From NCBI RefSeq assembly GCF_016293645.1, contig NZ_JAEDDW010000002.1: 64,000 nt of DNA; one strand, given 5' to 3'. The notes below the pieces were generated by a model. The model did no database searches, was not told where the DNA came from, and worked only from the letters and a program-made list of their open reading frames with translations. This DNA is from Treponema sp. (GTDB lineage: Bacteria; Spirochaetota; Spirochaetia; Treponematales; Treponemataceae). Of this stretch, positions 51,807 to 62,142 are shown piece by piece; the stretch's first letter is position 1, and each line of letters opens with the position of its first letter. Position numbers and translations under genes: made by a program.

Positions 51807-53012
51807 ATGGCAAAAGTAGAACTTAAAGGTATTGGCAAGATTTACGACGGCAACGTACAGGCTGTTGAAAATGCCAACATCGTAATCGAAGACCGCGATT
51901 TCTGTGTATTCGTTGGTCCATCTGGATGCGGAAAGTCAACAACTCTCCGTATGATCGCTGGTTTGGAAGAAATTTCTGAAGGTGAACTTCTTATCGATGG
52001 TGAACTCATGAACGACGTTCCACCAAAGGACAGAAACATCGCCATGGTATTCCAGAACTATGCTCTTTATCCTCATATGACAGTATATGACAACATGGCT
52101 TTCGGTCTCAAGATCCGCAAAATGGACAAGGGAGAAATCAAACGCCGTGTTGATGAAGCAGCAGTTAGCCTTGGACTTACTCAGTACCTCGACCGCAAAC
52201 CAAAGGCACTTTCCGGTGGACAGAGACAGCGTGTTGCAGTAGGACGCGCAATCGTTCGTAACCCTAAAGTATTCTTGTTCGACGAACCACTTTCTAACCT
52301 TGATGCTAAGCTCCGCGTTACAATGCGTGGTGAAATCGCTGCTTTGCACCAGAGACTTCAGGCTACAATGATCTACGTTACACACGACCAGATCGAAGCT
52401 ATGACAATGGGTACAAAGATTGTTGTTATGAAAGACGGTCACGTTCAGCAGATTGGTGAACCACTTTACTTGTACAACCACCCAATCAACAAGTTCGTTG
52501 CTGGCTTCATTGGAACACCTCCAATGAACTTCATGACTGTAACAGTTAAGAAGGAAGGCGACAAGGTTGTTGTTGATGAAGGAACATTCACTCTTGTTCC
52601 AACAGCAGAACAGCAGAAGTACCTCTCTGAATATGTAGGAAAGGAAGTATACTTCGGTGTACGCCCAGAAGACCTTGCATATGCAGAAGCACCTGCAGCT
52701 GAAAACAACATGCAGATGAAGGTTTCTAACAAGGAACCACTCGGTGCAGAAACACACCTCTTCCTTTCATCAAAGAACCAGAGCGTTGTTGCTCGCGTTC
52801 TCGCATCATCAAAGGGTGATTTCAAGATTGGAGAAACTGTAAACTTCGTTCCTGCTATGGAAAGATGTAAGTTCTTTGTTAAGGATACAGAAGATCTTTC
52901 AAAGGAAATCAACATCTGTGAAAAGGACAAGATTTCTTCACCTTGGCTCAAGAACGCCATCACAGGCGAAGTTGGATACAAGGTTCAGATTGGTTCTGAA
53001 ATCAGAAAGTAA
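51807..53012 (+). CDS. Carbohydrate ABC transporter ATPase (MsmX/MalK/UgpC family), no adjacent permeases
   Basis: [56 protein letters not shown] domain. Confidence 0.93.
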   Translation: MAKVELKGIGKIYDGNVQAVENANIVIEDRDFCVFVGPSGCGKSTTLRMIAGLEEISEGELLIDGELMNDVPPKDRNIAMVFQNYALYPHMTVYDNMAFGLKIRKMDKGEIKRRVDEAAVSLGLTQYLDRKPKALSGGQRQRVAVGRAIVRNPKVFLFDEPLSNLDAKLRVTMRGEIAALHQRLQATMIYVTHDQIEAMTMGTKIVVMKDGHVQQIGEPLYLYNHPINKFVAGFIGTPPMNFMTVTVKKEGDKVVVDEGTFTLVPTAEQQKYLSEYVGKEVYFGVRPEDLAYAEAPAAENNMQMKVSNKEPLGAETHLFLSSKNQSVVARVLASSKGDFKIGETVNFVPAMERCKFFVKDTEDLSKEINICEKDKISSPWLKNAITGEVGYKVQIGSEIRK

Positions 53013-53044
53013 TTTATCCATCGGATAATATTTTTTGACACCAA

Positions 53045-53078
53045 AGGCACCGTCGGTTTATTCCGGCGGTGTTTTTTT
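53045..53078 (+). terminator. Intrinsic terminator
   Basis: GGCACCGTCGG-loop-CCGGCGGTGTT plus T tract. Confidence 0.85.
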
Positions 53079-53147
53079 ATTTCTACGTCATTGCCGTTTA
53101 TGTCTTCTGTCATTGTAAAGTTGCATTTATTCCAATAGAATGAAGGC

Positions 53148-55097
53148 ATGCTTAAAGTTAACTCTGTCGTAATCTACAAAAACTCTGCCGCCATCATTTC
53201 GGCGGTTCAGGAAAATTCAAAGTATACGGTTAAGTTCCGTAGTGCTCCAGCCACTGCCACAAAAAAAGCTGTCTATGGAGAGCAGAATGTACGTGAGAAG
53301 GATGTGGTTCTGCTCCACGAAGGTCCATGTTCCTCACTGGAAAACGTTCTTGCCTTTGCGGAAGAAAAATGTCCCCTTGCGGAAAATCTATACAATCTTG
53401 AAGATAAAAATGAAATCGGACAGCAGGTGAAGGAATGCTATGAGTTGCTTGAGTCTGATGATGAATCAAAGAATGCTTCCTATGCATTTGCTGACCTTGT
53501 GTCTCTTTTCAACGACAAAATGACTGCAGACCAGAGTTATGGAATGTTCTGTGCCCTGAAAAACACAGTATGGTTCAATCAGAACCTTAAGGAACAGATG
53601 AACGGCAATCTTGTCTTTGCTTTGCGTGACCGTGAGGAAATCGACAGCCTTGTAAAAAAAGCGGATGCCAAAGGCAAGGAGGCGGAACTACGCACGGCTT
53701 TCCTTGAACGACTCAAGTCCAAAAGCCTGTTGCCGGAAGATTCAATATACATGGGGGATGTTGAAGCCCTTGCCCTGGGAAAGACCGACAAGAGCCGCAC
53801 CATGCATGATGCAGGAATCAAGGAGACTGTAGAAAAGGCCCATAAGCTGTTGCTTGATACAGGTGTATGGGAAATAACCCGCAATCCTTATCCTTTGCGC
53901 TGGGGACTTTCCATGAAAAGTGCATCCGAATCCCTTGCTTCTCCTCCGCAGGAAGAGCGTTATGAAGTTCCTGGTGTAAGCTATGCCATTGATGCAGAAA
54001 ATTCCGCTGACCCTGATGATGCTGTGGCTTATGACGGAAAATACTATTGGGTCCACATCGCAGACCCTGCAAGCACCGTAATGCCAGACTCTTCGATTGA
54101 CAGGTCTGCCCGTGCTCGTGGTGCAACTTTGTATATTCCGGAAGGTGCCGCCCGAATGCTTTGTGAGGATGCCCTGGAGGACTATGCCCTTGGTTTGAAG
54201 GAAAAAAGCAACGCCCTTTCGTTCCGTCTGCTTCTTGATGATGATGCAAATGTGCTTGAATGTGCCGTAATGAAGACTGTGGTTGATGTCAAGCGGCTTT
54301 CCTACAAGGCTGCGGAAGAGCAGAAGGATACGCCGGAACTCAGACCGCTTTTTGAGATAGCCCGCAAAAATGTAGATAAGAGAAACAAGGCGGGTGCAGT
54401 TCAGATCACCATGCCTGAAGTTCATGTTGTTGTCGATAAGGAAACAAAAAAGGTTTCAATCGTCAAGGATGAAAAATATGAAAGCAACGAGATGGTCCGC
54501 GAACTCATGCTTCTTGCGGGGGAAGGGGCTGCAAAGTTTGCTTTCCAGAACAACATTCCGTTCCCGTACATAAGCCAGGAAAAACCTCAGATTCCGTCTG
54601 ACATTCCGGAAGGTTTAGCGGGGCAGTTTAGGCTCAGACGCTGTATGAGGAAACGTTCCGTAGGTGTAACGCCTGGAATGCACTGTGGACTTGGACTCAA
54701 CATGTACAGCCAGGTCACAAGCCCTCTGCGCCGCTATGGAGATCTTATTTCCCATCAGCAGCTCAGGGCCTTTATCGATGGACGCGAACTTCTGGACAAG
54801 GATACCATGCTCATGCGTATTTCTGAAGGTGATGCCGGAGCCATGGCGGCGCGCAAATCGGAACGCAACAGCAACCTGCACTGGACTCTTGTTTATCTAT
54901 TGCAGAATCCTGAATGGGTAGGCGAGGCTGTCTGTGTATCTCTTGCAGAAGGCAAGCTGCCTCAGTTCTGCATTCCGGAACTTGCCCAGGAAACTTTCAT
55001 GGATGTTCCAGGTGGAGTTGAACTTAACCAGACTGTAAAAATCAAGGTAAGCAGAATAAATCTTCCTGAACTTCAGGTGGAATTTGTGGTGGCCTAA
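53148..55097 (+). CDS. RNB-domain exoribonuclease (RNase II/R family)
   Basis: AIDAENSADPDDA, WVHIAD, R..TLY, H.GLGL..Y.QVTSPLRRYGDL; promoter TTGTAA-17-TAGAAT ends 6 nt before the ATG. Confidence 0.92.
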   Translation: MLKVNSVVIYKNSAAIISAVQENSKYTVKFRSAPATATKKAVYGEQNVREKDVVLLHEGPCSSLENVLAFAEEKCPLAENLYNLEDKNEIGQQVKECYELLESDDESKNASYAFADLVSLFNDKMTADQSYGMFCALKNTVWFNQNLKEQMNGNLVFALRDREEIDSLVKKADAKGKEAELRTAFLERLKSKSLLPEDSIYMGDVEALALGKTDKSRTMHDAGIKETVEKAHKLLLDTGVWEITRNPYPLRWGLSMKSASESLASPPQEERYEVPGVSYAIDAENSADPDDAVAYDGKYYWVHIADPASTVMPDSSIDRSARARGATLYIPEGAARMLCEDALEDYALGLKEKSNALSFRLLLDDDANVLECAVMKTVVDVKRLSYKAAEEQKDTPELRPLFEIARKNVDKRNKAGAVQITMPEVHVVVDKETKKVSIVKDEKYESNEMVRELMLLAGEGAAKFAFQNNIPFPYISQEKPQIPSDIPEGLAGQFRLRRCMRKRSVGVTPGMHCGLGLNMYSQVTSPLRRYGDLISHQQLRAFIDGRELLDKDTMLMRISEGDAGAMAARKSERNSNLHWTLVYLLQNPEWVGEAVCVSLAEGKLPQFCIPELAQETFMDVPGGVELNQTVKIKVSRINLPELQVEFVVA

Positions 55098-55111
55098 TAG
55101 TTCAGCCTGTT

Positions 55112-55132
55112 GTTATAGGGGTAAACTATAAC
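55112..55132. promoter_or_regulatory. Candidate LysR-type (MetR/MtaR-like) operator
   Basis: Perfect inverted repeat GTTATAG-N7-CTATAAC upstream of metY. Confidence 0.5.
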
Positions 55133-55200
55133 TGCATATAATTAGATAATAATTCACTGCAGGCAACTGATTGTATATAGTTTAAATATGATATTCCTTT

Positions 55201-55281
55201 ATGAGCATAAAATTAAATGATTGTAAAAATACGGGAAGGAAGTCAGAGGCTGGCAAAAACACTTGCTGTGCGGAACGATAG
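55201..55281 (+). other. Candidate 26-aa Cys-containing leader peptide
   Basis: MSIKLNDCKNTGRKSEAGKNTCCAER*; TATGAT -10-like hexamer ends 8 nt upstream. Confidence 0.35.
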
Positions 55282-55432
55282 TTTCCTTGCCACACTGCAC
55301 GTGTAGCGACATATGGAGCGGTTTTGACAGACTCGCACTGACTGGTAGTATTTTTATAAATTATTTTAAATCATGCCTGTACTGAGATATATCTGTATTC
55401 AAGCATAATTTTTCATTTTAGGAGTACAAAAA

Positions 55433-56707
55433 ATGGCAGAAATCGAGACAAAATGCATTCACGCAGGATATGAACCAAAGAACGGTGAATCCCGCATGAT
55501 TCCAATCATCCAGAGCACAACTTTCAAATATGATTCAAGTGCTGACATGGGAAAACTCTTTGACCTTGAAGCAGAAGGTTATTTTTATACAAGACTTGCA
55601 AACCCAACCAACGACTATGTTGCAAAGAAAATCTGTGCCCTTGAAGGCGGAACTGCAGCAATGCTTACATCTTCAGGACAGGCTGCAAACCTTTTTGCCA
55701 TTTTCAACATTGCATCTGCAGGTGACCATGTTGTTGCCTCTTCTTCAATTTATGGCGGAACATTCAACCTCTTTAATGTAACAATGCGCAAGATGGGCAT
55801 AGATTTTACTTTTGTAAGCCCAGAATGTACTGAAGAAGAACTTAACGCAGCCTTCAAGCCAAACACAAAGGCTGTTTTCGGCGAAACAATTGCAAATCCA
55901 TCCCTTGTAATCTTTGACTTTGAAAAGTTTGCAAAGGCAGCTCACAGCCACGGTGTACCTCTCGTAGTAGACAATACTTTTGCAACTCCTGTTAACTGCC
56001 GTCCCTTTGAATGGGGGGCTGACATCGTTACCCATTCGACAACAAAGTATATGGACGGACACGATGCAACTGTAGGCGGATGTATCGTAGACAGCGGTAA
56101 GTTTGACTGGATGGCACACAAGGACAAGTTCCCAGGCCTTTGTACTCCAGACGAAAGCTACCATGGAATCACTTATGCTGAAAAATTCGGGCAGGCCGGA
56201 GCTTTCATCACAAAGTGTACAGCACAGCTTATGCGCGACTTTGGCTGTATCCAGGCTCCAATGAACGCATATTTCCTTAACCTCGGTCTTGAATCCCTTC
56301 CTTTGAGAGTTGAACGCCATGTTGCAAATGCTACAGCCATTGCTAAGTTCCTCAAGGATCATCCAAAGGTTGAATGGGTAAACTATCCAGGCCTTGAAGG
56401 CGACAAGTACTATGAACTTGCAAAAAAATATATGCCTAAGGGAACCTGTGGCGTCATCAGCTTTGGCGTAAAGGGCGGAAGAAAGGCTGCCGAGGACTTT
56501 ATGGGCAAGCTTAAAATTGGTATGATTGCTACACATGTTGCAGACAGCCGTACATGCGTACTCCATCCTGCCAGCGCAACACATCGCCAGCTTTCAGACC
56601 AGGAACTCATTGACTGTGGTGTAAGCCCGGATATGATCCGCCTTTCTGTTGGCGTTGAAAATGTAAATGATCTCATTGCAGATCTTAAGAATGCCCTTGA
56701 AAACTAA
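55433..56707 (+). CDS. metY: O-acetylhomoserine aminocarboxypropyltransferase/cysteine synthase
   Basis: YTRLANPT, SSGQAA, YGGT, ETIANP, DNTFATP, HSTTKY (PLP Lys), HPASATH. Confidence 0.93.
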   Translation: MAEIETKCIHAGYEPKNGESRMIPIIQSTTFKYDSSADMGKLFDLEAEGYFYTRLANPTNDYVAKKICALEGGTAAMLTSSGQAANLFAIFNIASAGDHVVASSSIYGGTFNLFNVTMRKMGIDFTFVSPECTEEELNAAFKPNTKAVFGETIANPSLVIFDFEKFAKAAHSHGVPLVVDNTFATPVNCRPFEWGADIVTHSTTKYMDGHDATVGGCIVDSGKFDWMAHKDKFPGLCTPDESYHGITYAEKFGQAGAFITKCTAQLMRDFGCIQAPMNAYFLNLGLESLPLRVERHVANATAIAKFLKDHPKVEWVNYPGLEGDKYYELAKKYMPKGTCGVISFGVKGGRKAAEDFMGKLKIGMIATHVADSRTCVLHPASATHRQLSDQELIDCGVSPDMIRLSVGVENVNDLIADLKNALEN

Positions 56708-56739
56708 TTGCTGTCCCTTGATGGCATAAGGAGATAAAA

Positions 56740-57774
56740 ATGATTGTTGTATTAAAGAATGGCTTTGGTGAAAATAAAGTTGAAGATTTCATCAGCGACA
56801 TCAAGTCAAAAGGCCTTGACTGTCATGTTGTAAAAGGTGTTGAAAAGACCATCGTTGGTCTTCTTGGAGATACTTCGAAACTTGATCCACGGGATTTTTT
56901 AAGCAGCGACATTGTTGAAAGCGCAGAACGCGTTTCGGCTCCTTACAAGATGGCAAGCCGTGAATTCCATCCTGAAAACACAATTGTTGAAATCGGCGCA
57001 AATCAGTCAGGTGTGACTTCCTGCCTTATCGGTGACGGAAAGACAATTCCAGTTATCGCAGGTCCTTGTGCCGTAGAAGGGGAAGAACAGATTCTTAATG
57101 CCGCCCGTGCCGTAAAGGCTGCCGGAGCAAGAATTCTCCGCGGCGGTGCCTATAAGCCTCGTACATCCCCATACAGTTTCCAGGGTATGGGAAAGGACGG
57201 TATCCGTCTTCTTGAACTTGCAAAGAAGGAAACTGGTCTTCCAATCTGTACTGAACTTATGGCAATCAGCGAAATCGGCAATTTCCATAATGTTGACCTT
57301 ATTCAGGTTGGTGCCCGCAACTTCCAGAACTTTGACCTTCTGAAGGAACTGGGAAGATTCGGTAAGCCTGTTCTCCTTAAGCGCGGACTTTCAGGAACAA
57401 TCCAGGAACTCCTCATGTCTGCCGAATACATCATGGCCAACGGAAATGAAAACGTAATTCTTTGTGAACGCGGAATCCGCACCTATGATCCGTATACAAG
57501 AAACTGCCTTGATGTAAGCGCAGTTCCTTACCTTCACAAGGTAAGCCACCTTCCTGTTGTCCTTGATCCAAGCCATGCATCTGGAATCCGCTGGATGGTT
57601 GGAACCCTTGCCTGTGCTTCAGTTGCTGCAGGCTGTGACGGTCTTGAAATCGAAGTTCACTGCAATCCTGAAAAGGCATGGAGTGATGCATCCCAGCAGC
57701 TTAACCCGACTATGTTTGAAGAATTGATGACAAAGCTCGGTAAGTATGCCGCAGTTGAAAACAAGACAATGTAG
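56740..57774 (+). CDS. aroF: DAHP synthase (type I-beta with N-terminal regulatory domain)
   Basis: IAGPCAVE, GGAYKPRTSPYSFQG, GARN, CERGIRT, DPSH. Confidence 0.95.
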   Translation: MIVVLKNGFGENKVEDFISDIKSKGLDCHVVKGVEKTIVGLLGDTSKLDPRDFLSSDIVESAERVSAPYKMASREFHPENTIVEIGANQSGVTSCLIGDGKTIPVIAGPCAVEGEEQILNAARAVKAAGARILRGGAYKPRTSPYSFQGMGKDGIRLLELAKKETGLPICTELMAISEIGNFHNVDLIQVGARNFQNFDLLKELGRFGKPVLLKRGLSGTIQELLMSAEYIMANGNENVILCERGIRTYDPYTRNCLDVSAVPYLHKVSHLPVVLDPSHASGIRWMVGTLACASVAAGCDGLEIEVHCNPEKAWSDASQQLNPTMFEELMTKLGKYAAVENKTM

Positions 57775-57777
57775 CCT

Positions 57778-58677
57778 ATGAAAAAGTTAAATGAACTTAC
57801 ATACGGAATCGTAGGCCTTGGCCTCATGGGCGGTTCCATTGCAAAATCAATCCGTGAAAACATCCTTTCAAGTGGCGGTTCAACTGGAAAAATTTATGCT
57901 TCCACAAGAAATGTTGCTGCCCTTGAACTTGCAAAAAGCCAGTACGTTCTTGATGACTTTTATACTCTGGATAAAGTTGATGAAATGCTTGCCCTCTGCG
58001 ATTTTGTCTTTGTATGCTTTTATCCTCATATGACTGTTGATTTTCTTGCGGCACATAAAAATGCTTTCAAGAAAGGTTCCGTTGTTACGGACATCAACGG
58101 CGTAAAGGCCGAAATTTTTGACCGACTTGCAGAAATTGAAAGCGAAAACTACGATTTCATTCCGGGGCATCCTATGGCCGGCGGTGAAAAAGAAGGGTAT
58201 GCGGCAAGTAACGCAGCCTTCTTTAAAAACCACAATTATATCCTCATGCCTCTTGCTTCAAACAAGGTTGACAATGTCGAGCAGTTCAAGCGTCTCATAA
58301 CTGAGATGGGCTTTACCCAGATTGTTGAAACTGACGGCCGCGTACATGATCATAAGATTGCCTTTACGTCCCAGCTTTGCCATGTAATTGCCAGTGCCCT
58401 TGTGAACAGTGCTGAAGATGCAAAAGTGACACAGTTTGGAGGCGGAAGTTTTGAGGACCTTACACGCATAGCCATGATCAATGCTCCTTTGTGGACAGAG
58501 CTTTTTCTTGCAAACAAGGCGGAACTCATCGCTCACATTGAGAATTTTGAAAGATCCCTTGAAGTCCTCAAGGAATACATTAAGAATGATAAGGCTGAAG
58601 AAACCAAAGCCTATCTTGAGGATGTCCGTGTAAAACGCATCGAGATGTCCCGCAAAGATGTAAAGGTTGAAAAATAA
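57778..58677 (+). CDS. tyrA: Prephenate dehydrogenase
   Basis: GLGLMGGS, HPMAG.E, HD..IA.TSQL.H, S..DLTRIA. Confidence 0.92.
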   Translation: MKKLNELTYGIVGLGLMGGSIAKSIRENILSSGGSTGKIYASTRNVAALELAKSQYVLDDFYTLDKVDEMLALCDFVFVCFYPHMTVDFLAAHKNAFKKGSVVTDINGVKAEIFDRLAEIESENYDFIPGHPMAGGEKEGYAASNAAFFKNHNYILMPLASNKVDNVEQFKRLITEMGFTQIVETDGRVHDHKIAFTSQLCHVIASALVNSAEDAKVTQFGGGSFEDLTRIAMINAPLWTELFLANKAELIAHIENFERSLEVLKEYIKNDKAEETKAYLEDVRVKRIEMSRKDVKVEK

Positions 58678-58694
58678 TTTTTCATGGAGGCTGA

Positions 58695-59237
58695 ATGATG
58701 GAACAGAAAGACTTCAATACATTGGACAAGGTTATCGGACGTGTGCCTGATTTCCCAAAAAAGGGCGTTCTTTTCTACGATATCACCGGTATACTTCGTC
58801 ATCCTGAGGAATTTAAATATACCATTGACCGCATGTGTGAAATCTATAAGGACAAGAAAATTGATGCAGTAGCCGGCATTGAAAGCCGCGGTTTCATTTT
58901 TGCATCCTGCCTTGCTGAGCGCATGGGAATCCCTTTGATTCTGATCCGTAAAAAAGGAAAGCTTCCTGCAAAGACATACACGCAGAAATATGATTTGGAA
59001 TATGGTTCTGCAGAGATTGAAGTACATACGGCTGATGTTGAAAAGGGGCAGAACATTCTTTTGATCGATGACCTTATTGCTACAGGCGGAACTTTGAATG
59101 CTGCCGTAAAACTTATGGCCCAGGGCGGTGCAAAGGTTACTGATGTCTTTGGTGTGATCGGGCTTCCTTTCCTCAATTTCAAGAAAGTCCTTGAAGGAAT
59201 TGAAGTGACGACACTTGTGGATTACATGTCCGAATGA
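58695..59237 (+). CDS. apt: Adenine phosphoribosyltransferase
   Basis: PDFPKKG..F.DI, ESRGF, RKKGKLP, LEYG, IDDLIATGGT. Confidence 0.97.
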   Translation: MMEQKDFNTLDKVIGRVPDFPKKGVLFYDITGILRHPEEFKYTIDRMCEIYKDKKIDAVAGIESRGFIFASCLAERMGIPLILIRKKGKLPAKTYTQKYDLEYGSAEIEVHTADVEKGQNILLIDDLIATGGTLNAAVKLMAQGGAKVTDVFGVIGLPFLNFKKVLEGIEVTTLVDYMSE

Positions 59238-59252
59238 AATTTGCTTTCGATG

Positions 59253-59292
59253 AAAAGGCATGCGTCGTGATAAACGCGTGCCTTATTTTTTT
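59253..59292. terminator. Bidirectional terminator between convergent genes
   Basis: AAGGCATGCGT...ACGCGTGCCTT stem with A-rich and T-rich flanks. Confidence 0.75.
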
Positions 59293-62072
59293 CCGTCAAC
59301 AGAGAATACTTTCATCATAGGTTCTTCCTGTATGAAACTATCAAGAATCCCGATGAATTTTTCTGCGTCTGCATTTTCAAGTTCCAGATAGCGGTTCAGA
59401 TATTCCGAGAAATTTCCTTCCGTAATTCCGTCCTGGATCAATCTTGCGTTGCCTGTATTGGAATCCGTCTTTTCAAAGATTTTAATCTCATATCTTGACT
59501 TGATGGTCCTTATGCATTTTCCGGATTTTTCCTTGTCCTCAAGTTCTTCCAGAAGTTCGTTTCTTTTTTCTTCATATATTTTGAAAAATGTGTCCGCTTT
59601 TTTTATTTTGTTTCCGTGGATGTATCCGGCAGGAATGTTTTTCGTTGCGTCATATGAGATGCAGTAGGATTCTGTTTCTTTGTCGATTCTGCTTGCAAGT
59701 TCCATGAGAAGGGCATTGAAAAGCATGATGTCCATGCTGGTGTCAGGTGCCTTGAAATACAGCTGTACCGGATCAAGGAATTCCTTTGTGGGTACAAGAA
59801 GGGGAGATTCCTTTGGCGCAAGTTCTGGAGGTAGATCGGAAGAATATAAATGCCGCAGCTGAATGTTCCTCTGTCGGTTTTTCCATTTGAGTTCCGGGAA
59901 TGTCCATTTTTTTCTTTCATTTTGTGCTTTCAGACGGCCGAATGATTTTTCCGCTGCTGAAAATGCTTCCTTGTATGAAACATCTCCACAAATTACAATT
60001 GAATAAAGTGATGCATCCAGAAATTCAGTATACCCTGAAAGAAGCGACTGGTATGATGCTGAATTGTATTTGTTGTCGTAGTCTCTGAAAATCTGTCCGG
60101 GGTTTGTGTCCCGTAAAAGATAGGCAAAGACATTGTTTCTCATCTGTGTGCCAAGATCTGCGTTTTTCATCAGGGTGCTGTAGCTCTCATCCGCAAAAAG
60201 CCGGTCCGCCTGTACAGGTGTTATTTCTCCGTAAATCAAGGCATTTGAGATTGCGTCAAGAGTCTGTTCCAGATTGTCTTTCAGAACTTCACATGTAATG
60301 TATGAAACGGTTTCCAGAGTCTCCGAAGTTACGTTGCCTATGTGTGAATTCTTTGCTGCGGCAGAAACCAGAATCGATCTGAGATTTTTTTCCTTGACGG
60401 GAGAGGCAAGCATGCCACCTGAGATGGCCGTTGATATGCAGACAGTCTGTGAGCCTTTGTTTTCTTTTACCGTAACAGGGATTCCGTTTGAAAGCTTTTT
60501 TTCTTTTATGTTTTTGATTGAATTTGCATAGAAAATTTCTGATGGTCTTGACCTGATGACGATTCCATCCTTTGTTTTATCTAATTCAACGGAATGCTTT
60601 TTTTCAGCTTTTGCTTTTTTCGCAAGCAGATCATTCTTCCACCATGAACTGTTCTTTTCGTCGATTTTTTCATAGCCTCTTTCGAGAAAATCCTTTTTCT
60701 GCTTTTCGTATTTTTCCTTGTTTACAAGAAGAAACAGAAAAGGCTCTTCATTCCTCAGATGGTGCAGAACTTCATTTTCAGTAACGTTCAGTATTCCGTA
60801 TGTAATATCCTGAAAACCTTTGTAGAAGTCTTCTGGTGTAGTCCATTTTGCATAAGGCCAGTAGTCCGCAAGAAGTGAACTCATGGCTCTTCCATTTCCT
60901 GATGTGACTGAATGTTTTTCAAGAATCATGTTCTGACTGTTTATGAATTCCTTTCTTGTAAATTCTGTTTTGGATTTAAGAATTTCAATAAAAGTATCTC
61001 CTTGTTCTGCCGCGGTTACCTGTTCCAAAGGACCTTCCGGTCTGGAAAAGAAATATGGCTCTTCCATGAGGGCCTGAAGGATAAGTCTTGAAGTTCCGTT
61101 TTTGTGGGCGATTGTTGCCGCAATGTAATCTGTACTCCTGATGGCTGTAACAGGATTTGAAGCGAATGCTGTCTTATAGACTGATTCATCCTGATTCATT
61201 GCTGCGGCTGCTAAATCGCACTGATTCATGTTCATGGATGTATATTGAACGACAATCTGGGTCAGTTCCTTTGAAAACTGGTCTGAAACAATTACAAATT
61301 TCCTTTGTCCGTCTTTATCCTCTGTTTTTTCAGACTGAACTGATTTCTGCGGCTTTGAACCTGGTTTCCACGAGCCTAGATTTGATTCACATAATTTTCC
61401 AATGCTCTTTGCATCAATGTTTCCGGAAATGAAGAGGGCACTGCCATCAGGTGTATAATAACCTGCTGAGATATTTGAAAGGATTGTCCTGATCTGGCTG
61501 ACGGAATAGCTTGAAAAAAGTGAAGGGTAAATTCCTGAATCATGTTTCCAGGGCTGTTCATGAAATACTCTCGAATCAATTGAACTGTTTATGAAACCTG
61601 AGGTGCTTTGTGAATATTCCGTTGATTCTTTTTTCATCTGATCGTGTACTGTTTTGATTTCTTTGTCGGAAAAAACTGCACCGGAAAGCTGATCTGATAA
61701 AATCTCAAGGCAGTCTTCAAGTTCCTCGGCTGATATAAGCAATGATATTTTTGTGCTGTCTGAATTGCACTGCCATTTACCGTTGTGGAGCTCAAGATAG
61801 TCTTTCATTTGGAATTCATGAAGCCTTGCAAGCATTGAGAAAAATCCGCATGTCGACTGGTTCTGTGCTGAAAAACCAGCTCTGTTTACAAGCTCAACGG
61901 AAACAAGTGCGTTGCTTTTGTCTGGAATCACAAAGACAGTCAGACCGTTCTGCAATGTGAATATGTTCAATGAAAGTGCGCTGTTTTCGATCTGAATGCT
62001 GGTCTGGGCGAATATAAGGTGATGAATGAATATCAATGTAACGGATAAAAAAAACTTTTTGATGTCATGCAT
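59283..62072 (-). CDS. Exported M16/insulinase-like protein lacking HXXEH
   Basis: Signal peptide; TLQNGLTV and KLSNGIPV domain starts; YYTP....L.ISGN; no HXXEH. Confidence 0.75.
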   Translation of the reverse strand: MHDIKKFFLSVTLIFIHHLIFAQTSIQIENSALSLNIFTLQNGLTVFVIPDKSNALVSVELVNRAGFSAQNQSTCGFFSMLARLHEFQMKDYLELHNGKWQCNSDSTKISLLISAEELEDCLEILSDQLSGAVFSDKEIKTVHDQMKKESTEYSQSTSGFINSSIDSRVFHEQPWKHDSGIYPSLFSSYSVSQIRTILSNISAGYYTPDGSALFISGNIDAKSIGKLCESNLGSWKPGSKPQKSVQSEKTEDKDGQRKFVIVSDQFSKELTQIVVQYTSMNMNQCDLAAAAMNQDESVYKTAFASNPVTAIRSTDYIAATIAHKNGTSRLILQALMEEPYFFSRPEGPLEQVTAAEQGDTFIEILKSKTEFTRKEFINSQNMILEKHSVTSGNGRAMSSLLADYWPYAKWTTPEDFYKGFQDITYGILNVTENEVLHHLRNEEPFLFLLVNKEKYEKQKKDFLERGYEKIDEKNSSWWKNDLLAKKAKAEKKHSVELDKTKDGIVIRSRPSEIFYANSIKNIKEKKLSNGIPVTVKENKGSQTVCISTAISGGMLASPVKEKNLRSILVSAAAKNSHIGNVTSETLETVSYITCEVLKDNLEQTLDAISNALIYGEITPVQADRLFADESYSTLMKNADLGTQMRNNVFAYLLRDTNPGQIFRDYDNKYNSASYQSLLSGYTEFLDASLYSIVICGDVSYKEAFSAAEKSFGRLKAQNERKKWTFPELKWKNRQRNIQLRHLYSSDLPPELAPKESPLLVPTKEFLDPVQLYFKAPDTSMDIMLFNALLMELASRIDKETESYCISYDATKNIPAGYIHGNKIKKADTFFKIYEEKRNELLEELEDKEKSGKCIRTIKSRYEIKIFEKTDSNTGNARLIQDGITEGNFSEYLNRYLELENADAEKFIGILDSFIQEEPMMKVFSVDGKK

Positions 62073-62084
62073 ATTTCACTTTGA

Positions 62085-62136
62085 ATAATAAAAGGAATTC
62101 CTGAAAATTGCAATTTTCATCATTTCTTATTAGAAT
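62085..62136. promoter_or_regulatory. Divergent promoter sharing a palindromic -35 (TTGCAA)
   Basis: TGAAAATTGCAATTTTCA palindrome 62102-62119; plus-strand TAGAAT 62131-36 and minus-strand TATTAT 62090-85, each 17 bp from TTGCAA. Confidence 0.6.
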
Positions 62137-62142
62137 TGAATA

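Noticed and set aside
51936..52757. Long antisense ORFs (also 33662-34393, 42937-43506, 55745-56584, 58611-59261)
   Set aside because: They mirror strongly codon-biased conserved genes and show no protein motifs; shadow ORFs
55232..55256. Cobalamin riboswitch (GGGAAGG...AGTCAG resembles the 3' B12-box region)
   Set aside because: The 5' core (AGGGAA..GGTG..AATCC, GCCCCCGC.ACTGT) is missing and the upstream sequence is AT-rich promoter DNA
55200..55432. SAM-I riboswitch or T-box upstream of metY
   Set aside because: No ATC.AGAG...GCAACC...GTGC core and no TGGNACC T-box bulge
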